Positions 1-10,269 are shown, numbered from the stretch's first letter. The stretch is 32,000 nt of DNA from Wolbachia endosymbiont of Cimex lectularius (GCF_000829315.1 NZ_AP013028.1:630001-662000); one strand, 5' to 3'. Translations and numbers: made by a program. The notes: generated from the sequence alone by a model not told the origin.

Positions 1-309
1 AAAAGATGCTCGCAGTTTATTTGCAGTTTTATGCGGTATCACATGATTGTTAATATTGCTACAGTTAATTTCTAAAGTATGATTTGCTTTATAGTCTTTA
101 TTGTACAAAAAGTTTACTTTTGCCCCAAGACTTTCGAGCAGCTCAGACATCAGATGCACATCAATTAGATCAGGCACATTATGCAAAGTTACTGAAGAAC
201 TACTCAATAGGCTTGCTGCTGCTATTGGTAAAATAGCATTCTTTGAACCATTAACCTTGATTTTCCCAACTAAAGGCTTATGGTTACTCCTTACTAATAT
301 TTTATGCAT
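1..309 (-). CDS. murA: UDP-N-acetylglucosamine 1-carboxyvinyltransferase, N-terminal part; gene continues off the left edge
   Basis: Hand translation of the minus strand from ATG at 309-307: MHKILVRSNHKPLVGKIKVNGSKNAILPIAAASLLSSSSVTLHNVPDLIDVHLMSELLESLGAKVNFLYNKDYKANHTLEINCSN..., a MurA N-terminus with the GSKNA(I/A)LP motif. Open to the window edge and missing from the ORF track. Confidence 0.92.
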   Translation of the reverse strand, partial: MHKILVRSNHKPLVGKIKVNGSKNAILPIAAASLLSSSSVTLHNVPDLIDVHLMSELLESLGAKVNFLYNKDYKANHTLEINCSNINNHVIPHKTANKLRASF

Positions 310-424
310 TTAATCAAACTAGATCCTACCGAATAAGTATAGTGAATTGGCAGTAAAAGGCAAACATAGCCTCTTGATGAGTATAGTACGCCAGCGTCAA
401 ACGCTTCCCAGTTTTACTTGGCTT

Positions 425-645
425 AAGAAATTTACTAAATAGAGAAAAAAAAGCAAAAGAAGCCCCGGTCAATGTCTATTTTAATAACTTGGCGTTAATG
501 CTCTATACGCTTGACAAGTAGCTGACCTTGGGGTTGTAAATACCCATAATTTATGATAAGGGAAACGTCAAAACTTGTCAAGCAACTTTTTTGTGAAAAA
601 AATAGAACCGGTTAACTTTTTAACTAATTAAAAAAAAAGACAAAA
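425..645 (-). repeat. Dispersed non-coding repeat, subtype C, with embedded promoter-like sequence
   Basis: Minus strand carries TTGACA (581-576), 17 bp, TATCAT (558-553), then a near-identical match to 30640-30795, ending TTGACCGGGGCTTCTTTTGCTTTTTTTT. Confidence 0.85.
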
Positions 646-649
646 AAAC

Positions 650-925
650 CCCGCAACGTGAGTTGTTTACTGTTCTCTCAAAAACTTGGCGTCCGGTTCT
701 CTCTTACACCGCTTAGTAAGCGAGGCTCAGCTAATGTAGACAAAAAATTATAAAGGCATGCAGTGTCCATGCTGCAAAAATTAAACATAACACGCCTTGT
801 TTTATACTGTGCTTTTGTCACTTAATACAAGATTAAAAATAAATTTTAGACCTAAAACACCCACAACTCTATTGTAAAGGCGCTAGCGAAGGTTGTCAAG
901 TAGTTTTTTTGTTTCTGTTGAATCC
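650..925 (-). repeat. Dispersed non-coding repeat, subtype B, with embedded promoter-like sequence
   Basis: Minus strand TTGACA (899-894), 17 bp, TACAAT (876-871). The body is a near-identical reverse complement of 30310-30595. Confidence 0.87.
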
Positions 926-1036
926 AATACGCTGCCAAGAACTGGTTTGATGTAGTTATGCTAAAAATCTAATAACAAAATTTCTAGCTTTTTTGTTGTG
1001 TAGGGCTTATCATTTTGATTTAACTTTGGTGAGATT

Positions 1037-2230
1037 ATGTCAGACCTTGCAGAAAGAATGTTCCTAATAAAGCCATCACCTACGATTGCTGTAACCGACA
1101 AGGCAAATAGGTTAAAAGGCGAGGGGAAAAACATCTGCGTTTTAGCTGCAGGAGAGCCGGACTTTGACACTCCAGATCATGTAAAAAAAGCAGCTATTCA
1201 AGCAATAAACGAAGGTAAAACTAAGTATACTGCTGTTGATGGGACACGTGAACTTAAAGAGGCAATAATCAATAAGTTAAAAAGGGATAACAATCTCGAA
1301 TATACATTTAATCAAATCTGCGTTGGTACCGGCGCTAAACAGGTGTTGTTTAACTTATTTATGGCAACGATTAACCCTGGAGATGAAGCTATAATTCCGG
1401 CCCCTTATTGGGTCTCATATGTTGATATGGTAAGTCTTTTTGGCGGTCTGCCAATTGTGATAAAGTGCAAGCAAAACTTCAAGCTAACACCAGAATTGTT
1501 AAAAAGCAAAATAACTAAGAAGACTAAGTGGTTGATCCTTAACTCACCGAACAACCCAGCAGGAATTGTGTATACACATGATGAACTGAAAGACATAGCA
1601 CAAGTATTGCTTGAATATCCCCACGTGAACGTTGTTACAGATGATATTTATGAGCATATAATATACGATGAGAAGTTTTTTACTATTGCCCAAGTTGAAC
1701 CGAGGCTTTATGATAGGGTTTTTGTGGTCAATGGGGTATCAAAAGCTTACGCAATGACAGGCTGGAGAATAGGTTATATTGCAGGTAAAAGTGATATAAT
1801 AAAAGCTATTTCTGCACTGCAATCTCAGAGCACCTCTAATCCAAACTCAATAGCACAGGCAGCAGCAGTTGAAGCTTTAAGCGACAATCATGATTTTTTG
1901 AAGGAAAGAACAAGAATTTTCAAGAATCGTAGAGATTTTGTGGTAGAGAAGCTAAGTTCTGCTTCAGGACTATCAGCATCTACTCCGCAAGGTGCGTTTT
2001 ATTTGTTCGTCTCGTGCAAAGGCTTGTTAGGTAAGAGCACAAAAAATGGTAAAGTAATAAATAATGACCTCGATTTCACTGAATACTTGCTGGAGGATCA
2101 TTTAGTTGCCGTAGTTCCAGGAGTTGCGTTCGGCCTTGAAAATTTTGCCAGAATTTCTTATGCGACCTCTCAGGAACAACTAGAAATTGGATGCAACAGT
2201 ATTATTAAAGCATGTGAAACACTAAGTTGA
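1037..2230 (+). CDS. Aspartate aminotransferase, class I/II PLP-dependent
   Basis: 397 aa; GTGAKQVLFN, LNSPNNPAG, VVNGVSKAYAMTGWRIGY (PLP lysine motif), FARISYA. Confidence 0.93.
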   Translation: MSDLAERMFLIKPSPTIAVTDKANRLKGEGKNICVLAAGEPDFDTPDHVKKAAIQAINEGKTKYTAVDGTRELKEAIINKLKRDNNLEYTFNQICVGTGAKQVLFNLFMATINPGDEAIIPAPYWVSYVDMVSLFGGLPIVIKCKQNFKLTPELLKSKITKKTKWLILNSPNNPAGIVYTHDELKDIAQVLLEYPHVNVVTDDIYEHIIYDEKFFTIAQVEPRLYDRVFVVNGVSKAYAMTGWRIGYIAGKSDIIKAISALQSQSTSNPNSIAQAAAVEALSDNHDFLKERTRIFKNRRDFVVEKLSSASGLSASTPQGAFYLFVSCKGLLGKSTKNGKVINNDLDFTEYLLEDHLVAVVPGVAFGLENFARISYATSQEQLEIGCNSIIKACETLS

Positions 2231-2285
2231 CTTTCTGCATTCTCATGTGTAATGTTTTCGTATGTCAGTAGAAAGGAACTAATTT

Positions 2286-2604
2286 ATGGCCTGGTTATAT
2301 TTATTGTTGGCTGGCTTACTTGAAGTTGTGTGGACAACGGCACTAAAGTATAGTGATGGTTTTGCCCGCATTACGCCTGTGGTAATTATTTTAGTTTGTG
2401 CTCCTGTAAGCCTTTACTAGCTATCAGTAGCAATGAAGTCTATTCCCCCTTGGCACATCCTACGCAATTTGGACTGGTATAGGCTCTATAGGCGCAGCGG
2501 TAGTAGGAGTAATGTTTTTTAATGATCCAGTGAATTTTGGGCGTTTATTTTCTATTGTTTTGGTGGTGCTGGGTATTATAGGCTTAAAAGTGTTTACCAA
2601 ATAA
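2286..2604 (+). pseudogene. Decayed SMR-family (SugE/Gdx-like) small multidrug/guanidinium efflux protein
   Basis: MAWLYLLLAGLLEVVWTTALKYSDGFARITPVVIILVCAPVSLY*LSVAMKSIPLGTSYAIWTGIGSIGAAVVGVMFFNDPVNFGRLFSIVLVVLGIIGLKVFTK*; in-frame TAG at 2418-2420 and an extra C in a C5 run at 2445-2449. Confidence 0.87.
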
Positions 2605-2670
2605 GCAGTAAAGGCTAGGTGTGAGAATGCATATGCTAGAAATTGAGGTAAGTAGACGCTCATAAATTGT

Positions 2671-3207
2671 TTATTTTACCAAGTCGAGAATATTTACTGA
2701 AGTCACCTCGGATTCCTTAATTTGTGAAGAAGGGTGTCCTATTGATTGGGCAAGTATATTTCTGATGTTTAACTTATTTTCTTCATTTTGCTGAATTAAA
2801 TTAATATCATTTATTTTTTTCACCAAACCTTCTCCTCCCCCCAGGATTTTTAAATCACTTTCGTTGATATTATATTTGTTAAATCCCTCGACGATTTCCT
2901 TTTTCGTTTGGTGGGTATCCAAAAATGTCGACACTTGCTGCTTAGCAATAGCGTGAAGTAGTTTTTTATTAGACGTTAACTCTCCATATACACTTTCTAG
3001 ACTAATATCTAAATGTTTTGCTTTGCTTACAGCTAGTTTTATGGTCTCTTCTACTTTGCTTAAAAGTTCCCTATATAGCTTGTCATATCTGTTACCCGTA
3101 TGAGCGGCAAACGTTTGCTCGATGTATTTTGTTAAGTAATTTTGTAGCGTGTTGTTTTTTATGCTTGTACTCATTGGCTCACCTTTGCTTGACATTATAT
3201 TGACCAT
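2671..3207 (-). CDS. Hypothetical protein
   Basis: 178 aa ORF with no recognised family; charged, no obvious membrane segment. Confidence 0.6.
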   Translation of the reverse strand: MVNIMSSKGEPMSTSIKNNTLQNYLTKYIEQTFAAHTGNRYDKLYRELLSKVEETIKLAVSKAKHLDISLESVYGELTSNKKLLHAIAKQQVSTFLDTHQTKKEIVEGFNKYNINESDLKILGGGEGLVKKINDINLIQQNEENKLNIRNILAQSIGHPSSQIKESEVTSVNILDLVK

Positions 3208-3455
3208 TATACATGCGGAAAGGTTAATATTGAGTTAACTAAAACGTTTCTGATGTTAGGTTTTACTAAAAATTATACTACTTTAGATATAATTATTCCC
3301 ATTTTTAGAAATGCTCTCTGTGTTCAAGCAGCTAAGGCTAGAAAATCTAGTTGATACATAGTTACTTATTTGCTATGAATTTAACTGCGCTAAATTTTAG
3401 CAAATTAAAATTTATAAAAAATAGTTTTTTATAAACCTATGATTTTAAATTTAAG

Positions 3456-4673
3456 GTGAGGTTGATGCTACAAAGAAACTTTTTAATATGGTTGCTAGCA
3501 TCGCTGTTCTATGCGTACCAATACATATTACGCGTAATCCCGAACATAATCGCACCTGAATTAATAACAAAGTTTAACATAAGTGTTACAGATGTTGGTC
3601 AATTCGGTGGGCTGTATTATGTAGGCTATACGCTTGCTCACATACCTGTTGGTCTTTTTCTTGACAGATCTGGCCCAAAACTTGTTTTGCCTATATGCAC
3701 TATTTTGATATTTGCTGGGACACTACCGCTTATATGCTTCGATGAGTGGTATTACTCAATACTTGGTAGAATAATCATCGGAATTGGATCGTCTGCTTCA
3801 GCAATTGGGATCTTTAAAGTTGCAAGCATGTATTTTTCACAAGAAAAATCAGCAAGAATGGCCAGTTTGTCTATAATAATAGGACTACTAGGAGCTATTT
3901 ATGGTGGATTACCCTTGGACTTTTTACTCGATAAATTTGGTTGGGATTATGTTATTTATACTTTCTCGGCGTTTGGTTGTTTGCTTGCTTTGCTGTTATT
4001 CTTTGTAACGCCAAGCAGTAATGCACAAGAGAGTGCAAGTGACAATGTACTTCAAGATTTAAAAACTGTGCTCTTCAACAAACATATCATTCTGATCAGT
4101 TTTTTTGGTGGCTTAATGGTTGGTCCATTAGAAGGTTTTGCTGATGGCTGGGCAAAAGCATTCTTGTGTGAGGTGTATCAAATGACTGGAGATCTAGCGT
4201 CTTCGCTTTCTTCTCTCATGTTTATAGGTATGGGAGCTGGAGCATTCTTTTTGGCTTACCTGCTGGAAAAGTGTCCAAATAGGCATTACGAAGTAATTAT
4301 TGCGTGTTCTTTTGCAATGATCGCTAGCTTCCTTTTGCTTTTTACACGAGCTGGTGGCCTATATGTCGTGCTACCTGCACTTCTTGTTATTGGCTTTGCA
4401 TCTGGATATCAGGTAATTACCATTTACAAAGCAATAAGTTATGTGAACAATAACTTGGTAGGCTTGGCTACGGCCGTATCAAACATGATAGTTATGGTTT
4501 TTGGCTATTTTTTTCACGTTGGAATCGCAAAAATAGTAGATTTGTATTGGGATGGAATGATAATACAAGGAAATCCTGTGTATGGTGCTGGATTGCTGGT
4601 AAAAGCAATATCGATTATTCCTATATGTCTACTCCTGGCTGCTTTTGGTTTTGTGTGGTTGAAACGATCTTAA
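3456..4673 (+). CDS. Major facilitator superfamily transporter
   Basis: 405 aa polytopic protein with MFS-type loop GLFLDRSGPK and an early segment QFGGLYYVGYTLAHIPVG. Confidence 0.9.
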   Translation: MRLMLQRNFLIWLLASLFYAYQYILRVIPNIIAPELITKFNISVTDVGQFGGLYYVGYTLAHIPVGLFLDRSGPKLVLPICTILIFAGTLPLICFDEWYYSILGRIIIGIGSSASAIGIFKVASMYFSQEKSARMASLSIIIGLLGAIYGGLPLDFLLDKFGWDYVIYTFSAFGCLLALLLFFVTPSSNAQESASDNVLQDLKTVLFNKHIILISFFGGLMVGPLEGFADGWAKAFLCEVYQMTGDLASSLSSLMFIGMGAGAFFLAYLLEKCPNRHYEVIIACSFAMIASFLLLFTRAGGLYVVLPALLVIGFASGYQVITIYKAISYVNNNLVGLATAVSNMIVMVFGYFFHVGIAKIVDLYWDGMIIQGNPVYGAGLLVKAISIIPICLLLAAFGFVWLKRS

Positions 4674-4729
4674 AATTGCTTGTAGCGAACATACATTTTA
4701 ATATCATTGAGTTAAACGAAGTTTGATCT

Positions 4730-6007
4730 ATGACAAGTGTTTCAGAAAAAATCTGCAGTTTTAAAAATGGTTTAAAGTCTTTTGATGACGAGATTTATCA
4801 ATCTATAGAGAAGGAATTACAGCGTCAAAGGTTGCAACTGCAACTGATTGCATCAGAAAATTTTGCAAGCAAAGCAGTGATGGAGGCACAAGGCTCTTTT
4901 CTGACCAATAAATATGCGGAAGGTTATCCAGGGAAAAGGTATTACTGTGGTTGTGAATATGTGGATGAGGTCGAAAGTCTAGCTATAGAGAGGCTCTGTA
5001 AACTGTTTGGTGTTAAATTTGCGAACGTTCAACCTCATTCTGGTTCTCAGGCAAATCAAGCAGTGTTTGCTTCATTGCTTACCCCGGGCGATACGATACT
5101 TGGATTATCGCTGAGTTGCGGTGGACACCTAACTCATGGTGCGGCACCAAGCCTTTCTGGTAAATGGTTTAAGTCGATTCAGTATACAGTCAGCAAAGAC
5201 ACTTATCTGCTCGGTATGGACGAGGTAGAAAAACTGGCACTCGAGCATAAGCCAAAACTGATCATAGCTGGTGCTTCTACTTATCCAAGAAAGATAAACT
5301 TCAAGCGTTTTCGTGAAATCGCGGATAAAGTTGGCGCGTATTTGCTTACTGATATTGCTCACTATGCGGGGCTTATTGCAGCGGACGAATATCCATCACC
5401 TGCTGGATATGCACACGTTATGACTTCTACGACTCACAAAACTCTGCGTGGTCCTAGAGGTGGAGTAATAATGACGAATGATGAAACGTTACATAAAAAA
5501 ATTCAATCAGCAGTTTTCCCAGGGCTGCAAGGTGGGCCGCTTATGCATGTAATAGCCGCAAAAGCTGTTGCATTTAAAGAAGCATTGGCGCCAGAGTTTA
5601 AAACTTATAGCAGAAAAGTTGTGGAAAATGCGAAAGTGCTAGCTCAAGCGCTGCAAGAGCATGGACTGAGTATTATAACCGGTGGCACTGACTCTCATAT
5701 AGTGCTAGTTGACTTAAGACCACAAAAATTGACCGGAAAAGACGTTGTAGATAGCCTTGAAAGGGCTGGTATTACCTGCAATAAAAACTCTGTACCATTT
5801 GACACAGAGAAGCCAACCATTACTTCAGGGCTGCGTTTTGGCACTGCTGCTGAGACAACACGTGGACTTGGGGTGAAAAATTTTAAAGAAATAGCAGACT
5901 TAATAAACGAGATAATTCAAGGACTAATCAGCAAAAATAGCTTAAATGTTGAAAAAACAGTGAAGAGCAAAGTTGAAAAGATTTGTAATGATTTTCCTAT
6001 TTATTAA
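4730..6007 (+). CDS. glyA: Serine hydroxymethyltransferase
   Basis: 425 aa; [33 protein letters not shown]-like, [18 protein letters not shown] motif. Confidence 0.97.
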   Translation: MTSVSEKICSFKNGLKSFDDEIYQSIEKELQRQRLQLQLIASENFASKAVMEAQGSFLTNKYAEGYPGKRYYCGCEYVDEVESLAIERLCKLFGVKFANVQPHSGSQANQAVFASLLTPGDTILGLSLSCGGHLTHGAAPSLSGKWFKSIQYTVSKDTYLLGMDEVEKLALEHKPKLIIAGASTYPRKINFKRFREIADKVGAYLLTDIAHYAGLIAADEYPSPAGYAHVMTSTTHKTLRGPRGGVIMTNDETLHKKIQSAVFPGLQGGPLMHVIAAKAVAFKEALAPEFKTYSRKVVENAKVLAQALQEHGLSIITGGTDSHIVLVDLRPQKLTGKDVVDSLERAGITCNKNSVPFDTEKPTITSGLRFGTAAETTRGLGVKNFKEIADLINEIIQGLISKNSLNVEKTVKSKVEKICNDFPIY

Positions 6008-6051
6008 CTCTAGTAATTTATATGGTGTCATCCAAGCAGTTCATAGAAACA

Positions 6052-6330
6052 GGGTCAAAAAACTACTTGACAAATTCCTCCAAACCCTTTATAATGAGAC
6101 TGAAGCTATTCATTTAACTTCGCAATCTGCAGATTAAAATGACAAAGGAAACTTTGTATTTGGCGTCTCATGTCTTTTTAAAACTTCTGGTTTTTACCTA
6201 TACAAGCTGAAACGCGCTTATAAGTCGTTTAAGACAGTATAGAACGTCAAATAGAACAAGGGAGAATTTGAATACTAGCTGCTCTGGGTTTCTTTTGCCT
6301 TTTTTTTCTGCTTAGTAAATTTTTTTAATA
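6052..6330 (+). repeat. Dispersed non-coding repeat, subtype A, with embedded promoter-like sequence
   Basis: TTGACA (6067-6072), 17 bp, TATAAT (6090-6095); body matches 21540-21830; ends GGGTTTCTTTTGCCTTTTTTTTCTGCTTAGTAAATTT. Confidence 0.87.
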
Positions 6331-6350
6331 TTTATTATTAAAGTAGTATC

Positions 6351-6630
6351 CTGGATGCCAGTGTCGAGCACATAGCTGTACGAACATTGCAATTAGCAGG
6401 TAATTTGCGTAACAGATGGTGTCATGCCAGTGCTTGACACTGGGATCCAGCATTTCCATAATCATCAAAACGTCGTATTTTAACATAAAACAGCTACTTT
6501 TATACTCGCCAACTTAATAAAACTCCTGGATGCCAGTGTCAAGCACTGGCATGACACCCTAGTGGTAGGCTCAAATTACAATGTTCGTACAGTTGTGTGT
6601 CGAGCACTGGAATGACAAAAAAAGCTACTG
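6351..6630. repeat. Nested palindromic, MITE-like sequence
   Basis: Inner inverted arms 6418-6450 / 6526-6558 (GGTGTCATGCCAGTGCTTGACACTGGGATCCAG, one mismatch) and outer arms 6376-6394 / 6574-6592 (CTGTACGAACATTGCAATT, one mismatch). Confidence 0.8.
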
Positions 6631-6831
6631 GGATGACAAGAAGGGGTGCCGAAATGACGCTCTCCCTGAAATGCCCATGGCTAAATATCAAAGCTATGGG
6701 CATTGTTGTGCAGATTAGTTGCCTGCAGTCACTTCTTTATTATGATCAACAGCTTCGTGCTTTGTTTCACTAAACTTACTTGACACTTTATCAACAGCCC
6801 AAGTTAGTGGTGTAACAACAAGTGCGGCAGT

Positions 6832-7305
6832 CTAGATGACAGCACTGATAGCATAGCTCAAAACTGTGTTAACAAATTCAGCTACTTTTTCACTGTGCTC
6901 ATCCGCCTTCTTTGATAGCGTGTTTGAATAGCCCACCAATGACTCTGTATTGTCTTTAAGACCAAACTTATCTGTTACTTTCGTTAACCCTTTTGCTGGC
7001 CAGTATGAAAGATACGCAAATGCTAGATATAAAGGTTGTAGAACTATATTAGCTAGTGCACAAGTAGTAAGACCAACCATACCACGATTTCCGTGCTCTC
7101 TACTACCTAGGTTATCTTTGCTTTCCTCAACATCAAAAACTGCATCCTTCACTGGCCCTAGTACACTATCAATATAGTAAACGGATTTATAGAAACAGTT
7201 TTGTGGAACTTGATTGTTATTTTCTGCAACCGGAACAGTCCCGAGTTGAGCATATTGCTTGAAATTCTCATATGAACTCTTGAAGTTCTCAGATAGATTT
7301 GACAT
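6832..7305 (-). CDS. Hypothetical protein
   Basis: 157 aa ORF preceded by a strong AGGAGG ribosome-binding site on the minus strand; C-terminal half with hydrophobic segments. Confidence 0.7.
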   Translation of the reverse strand: MSNLSENFKSSYENFKQYAQLGTVPVAENNNQVPQNCFYKSVYYIDSVLGPVKDAVFDVEESKDNLGSREHGNRGMVGLTTCALANIVLQPLYLAFAYLSYWPAKGLTKVTDKFGLKDNTESLVGYSNTLSKKADEHSEKVAEFVNTVLSYAISAVI

Positions 7306-7317
7306 ATTAGCCTCCTA

Positions 7318-8179
7318 AGAACCTGTTTAAAATCTTGGAAATGTGAGGTAAAGTAAGCATAGATTAATAATGAGGTGTCTATGCAGAAAAGTTATCCAAG
7401 TAATATAAGTCAAGAGCAGTTTGAAAAAATCAGGCCAATTTTGGAGAGTAGCAAGCAGAAAACAAAACCAAGAAAACTTGATTTGTATGACGTATTTTGT
7501 GGGGTGTTGTACGTCTTAAAAAGTGGTTGTCAGTGGAGGATGTTACCAAAGGGTTTTCCAAGATGGGAAAGCGTATATTACTATTTTCGAGTGTGGAGTA
7601 AAAAGAATGGAGAAGAGCCAAGCTTGTTGGAATTAGTCTTAAAAAAAATTAGTTGGAGAGGTCCGTATCAGCAATGGTCGGAAAGAGAAAACTAGCTTTT
7701 GTATAATTGATTCTCAAAGCGTTAAAAACGCAGATACTGCTGAAAAAAAAGGCTATGATGCAGGTAAAAAGATTTCAGGGATAAAGCGCCATATTGCAGT
7801 TGATACACAAGGTTTGCCACATGCAATTTATGTAACAACGGCAGAAGCAACTGACCGTAGCAGTGCTGTGAAAATGGTCGAAAATGCTAAAGCAAACCTC
7901 TCTGAAGTTAAAAACATACTGGTTGATGCTGGCTACACAGGAGAAAATTTTGCAACACAAATAAAAGCTATCATTGGTGCGACTGTTGAAGTAATAAAGC
8001 GAAGTGAGTTACACACTTTCGTTGTATTGCCAAAAAGATGGGTTGTTGAACGCTCTTTTGCCTGGTTAGAAAAGTGCAGGCGATTGTGGAAAAATTGCGA
8101 GCGGAAGCTCAACACTAGCTTACAGATGATAGTCCTCTCCTTCATTTCTCTCCTGTTACGAAGATTTTAAACAGGTTCT
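7318..8179 (+). mobile_element. IS5-family (IS1031-like; ISWpi1-type by recollection) insertion sequence
   Basis: Perfect 19-bp terminal inverted repeats AGAACCTGTTTAAAATCTT (7318-7336) / AAGATTTTAAACAGGTTCT (8161-8179) enclosing a two-frame IS5-type transposase. Confidence 0.93.
7375..8170 (+). CDS. IS5-family transposase encoded in two frames
   Basis: ORF 7375-7695 (LDLYDVFCGVLYVLKSGCQWRMLPKGFPRWESVYYYFRVW) continues in the +1 frame as ...LVGEVRISNGRKEKTSFCIIDSQSVKNADTAEKKGYDAGKKISGIKRHIAVDTQGLPHAIYVTTAEATD...LVDAGYTG...VVERSFAWLEKCRR. The switch fits the A8 run at 7641-7648. Confidence 0.9.
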
Positions 8180-8344
8180 AAAAAAACTATAATAAAAAAA
8201 TGCAATTCTTATTACATTACTATACTATTATAACTTATTTTAAAATAATTGCAATAGTTGTATTAATATTTTAACCAAATTATATGTTGCATAAAAGCAC
8301 TTATTGCTCTAACATCGCAGTAGGTTAGAAATGAAGAGGTTTTT

Positions 8345-8953
8345 ATGAGTTTTACTTTACCTGAATTACCATACGATAAAACAGCTTTAGAGCCTTATAT
8401 ATCTGCAAGGACTTTGGATTTTCATTATGATAAGCATCATAGGGGGTATTTAAACAAACTCAATGAGCTGGTTGAGAATACTGATTATCAACAGGCAAAA
8501 ATTGAGGAATTAATAACGAAAGTTTATGTTAACAGTGATAAAATTCCTGTGTTTAACAACGCAGCACAAGTTTGGAACCACACTTTTTACTGGAATTCAA
8601 TGAAGAAAAATGGTGGTGGTAAGCCTCAGAATGACAGTATTCTAGCAAAAAAAATTCAAGACGATATCGGTGGCTTTGATAAATTTTATGAAGGATTTTC
8701 AAGTCACGGAGTAGGCCAGTTTGGCAGCGGATGGGTATGGTTAGTGCTTGAAAAAGGAAAACTCAAAATTACCAAGACTTCAAATGCGGATTTGCCATTA
8801 ATTTACAGCCAAGTGCCACTACTTACTATGGATGTGTGGGAACATGCATATTATCTGGATTGTCAAAACCGTAGAATTGACTATATAAAAGTTTTCCTTG
8901 ATCATTTGATTAATTGGGATTTTGCAGAAGAGAATTTGAGAAAGAACACATAA
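8345..8953 (+). CDS. sodB: Superoxide dismutase, Fe/Mn family
   Basis: 202 aa; FHYDKHHRGY, NHTFYWNSM, FGSGWVWLV, DVWEHAYYLD metal-ligand motifs. Confidence 0.95.
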   Translation: MSFTLPELPYDKTALEPYISARTLDFHYDKHHRGYLNKLNELVENTDYQQAKIEELITKVYVNSDKIPVFNNAAQVWNHTFYWNSMKKNGGGKPQNDSILAKKIQDDIGGFDKFYEGFSSHGVGQFGSGWVWLVLEKGKLKITKTSNADLPLIYSQVPLLTMDVWEHAYYLDCQNRRIDYIKVFLDHLINWDFAEENLRKNT

Positions 8954-8954
8954 G

Positions 8955-10226
8955 ATGAATGTACCAAAGGTAACAAAATTAGATAATGGCCTGCGCATAA
9001 TAACCGAGCAGGTGCGTGATGTTGACTCTGTAGCTTTAAGTATACGAGTTGGTGTTGGCAGTAGAGCCGAAAGTGCAAATCAAAATGGAATATCCCATTT
9101 TCTAGAGCACATGGCTTTTAAGGGAACAAAAACAAGAACTGCATTTGAAATTGCAAAAGCCTTTGATGACATAGGTGGGGTGTTCAACGCTAGCACCGGT
9201 AGAGAAAGCACAAGTTACTACGTAAAAGTCCTTAAAAAAGACATTAAAACTGGCATTGATATATTAGTAGATATATTGATGAATTCGACATTTCCAGAAG
9301 ATGAATTGGAGCGCGAAAAAGGTGTTGTAACACAAGAGATTTTTCAAACTAACGATTCGCCGAGCGACATCATTTTCGATAAATATTTTGAAGCAGCTTA
9401 TAAAGATCAACCGTTTGGTAGGTCGATTTTAGGCACACAAGATACTGTAAAATCATTTACTCGAGAAGATCTAAATAGCTATATAAATGAGCATTACTTT
9501 GGCGAGAACACGACATTTTCTGTTGCAGGGAACGTTGAGCATGAAGAAGTTGTTCAGTTAACCAAAGATTTTATCTCAAAGATTCATGCAAAAAAGCTGG
9601 AGAAAAAGCAGAATGCGAATTACACTGGTGGTGAGTATTTGGAGCATCGTAAATTAGACCAGGTACACTTACTAATTGGTTTACCTAGTGTTTCTCGCCA
9701 CGACAATAGATATCACACATTTCAGGTGCTTGATTCTATATTGGGAAGCGGGATGTCATCACGCCTGTTTCAGGAAGTAAGGGAAAAGCAGGGACTGGTT
9801 TACTCTGTCTATTCATTTAATTCTAGCTACACCGATACAGGAATGCTCTCCATTTTCGCTGGCACAGATAGTAGCAACTTAGATAAGCTTTTAAAATCCA
9901 TAACGATGGAGTTGAAAAAATTGTCTACGGGTGATCTGAAGGAAGAAGAGGTAAATAGGGTAAAAGAGCGAATAAAATCCCAAATTTTAATGTCACGTGA
10001 AAGCGTCAGTTCCCGTGCTGAAGCATTGGAGCACTACTATAGCAACTATGATAGGTATATCAGTAAAAATGAATTGATAGAAAAAATTAGCACAGTTACC
10101 ACTGCTGGCGTAAAAGAAGCGGCAGAGGAGTTGTTATCTCAGCATGAAAAAACCACTTTAGCTGCAATTGGAGAAATAAAATCGTTGCCAAGTTACGATG
10201 AAGTGGTTTCTATGCTTAGGGCTTAG
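8955..10226 (+). CDS. M16 family zinc peptidase (mitochondrial processing peptidase-like)
   Basis: 423 aa; HFLEHMAFKGT (HxxEH motif), ESTSYYVKVLKKD, SRLFQEVREKQGLVYSVYSF. Confidence 0.94.
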   Translation: MNVPKVTKLDNGLRIITEQVRDVDSVALSIRVGVGSRAESANQNGISHFLEHMAFKGTKTRTAFEIAKAFDDIGGVFNASTGRESTSYYVKVLKKDIKTGIDILVDILMNSTFPEDELEREKGVVTQEIFQTNDSPSDIIFDKYFEAAYKDQPFGRSILGTQDTVKSFTREDLNSYINEHYFGENTTFSVAGNVEHEEVVQLTKDFISKIHAKKLEKKQNANYTGGEYLEHRKLDQVHLLIGLPSVSRHDNRYHTFQVLDSILGSGMSSRLFQEVREKQGLVYSVYSFNSSYTDTGMLSIFAGTDSSNLDKLLKSITMELKKLSTGDLKEEEVNRVKERIKSQILMSRESVSSRAEALEHYYSNYDRYISKNELIEKISTVTTAGVKEAAEELLSQHEKTTLAAIGEIKSLPSYDEVVSMLRA

Positions 10227-10269
10227 AGCATGGGCTCCTCGCATAACAAACCAGTTTTTGGTATGTCGT

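Noticed and set aside
101-313. 70-aa plus-strand ORF at the left end
   Set aside because: Antisense to the murA N-terminus, which runs off the window and is the real coding strand.
425-925. Possibility that the TTGACA/TATNAT units are protein-coding insertion sequences
   Set aside because: No ORF of useful length in any copy and no clear terminal inverted repeats or target duplications; kept as non-coding repeats.
2460-2663. 67-aa minus-strand ORF
   Set aside because: Antisense to the decayed SMR transporter, whose plus-strand reading matches a known family.
7311-8182. Target-site duplication of the IS5 element
   Set aside because: Flanks read CTA on the left and AAA on the right, so no convincing duplication can be called.
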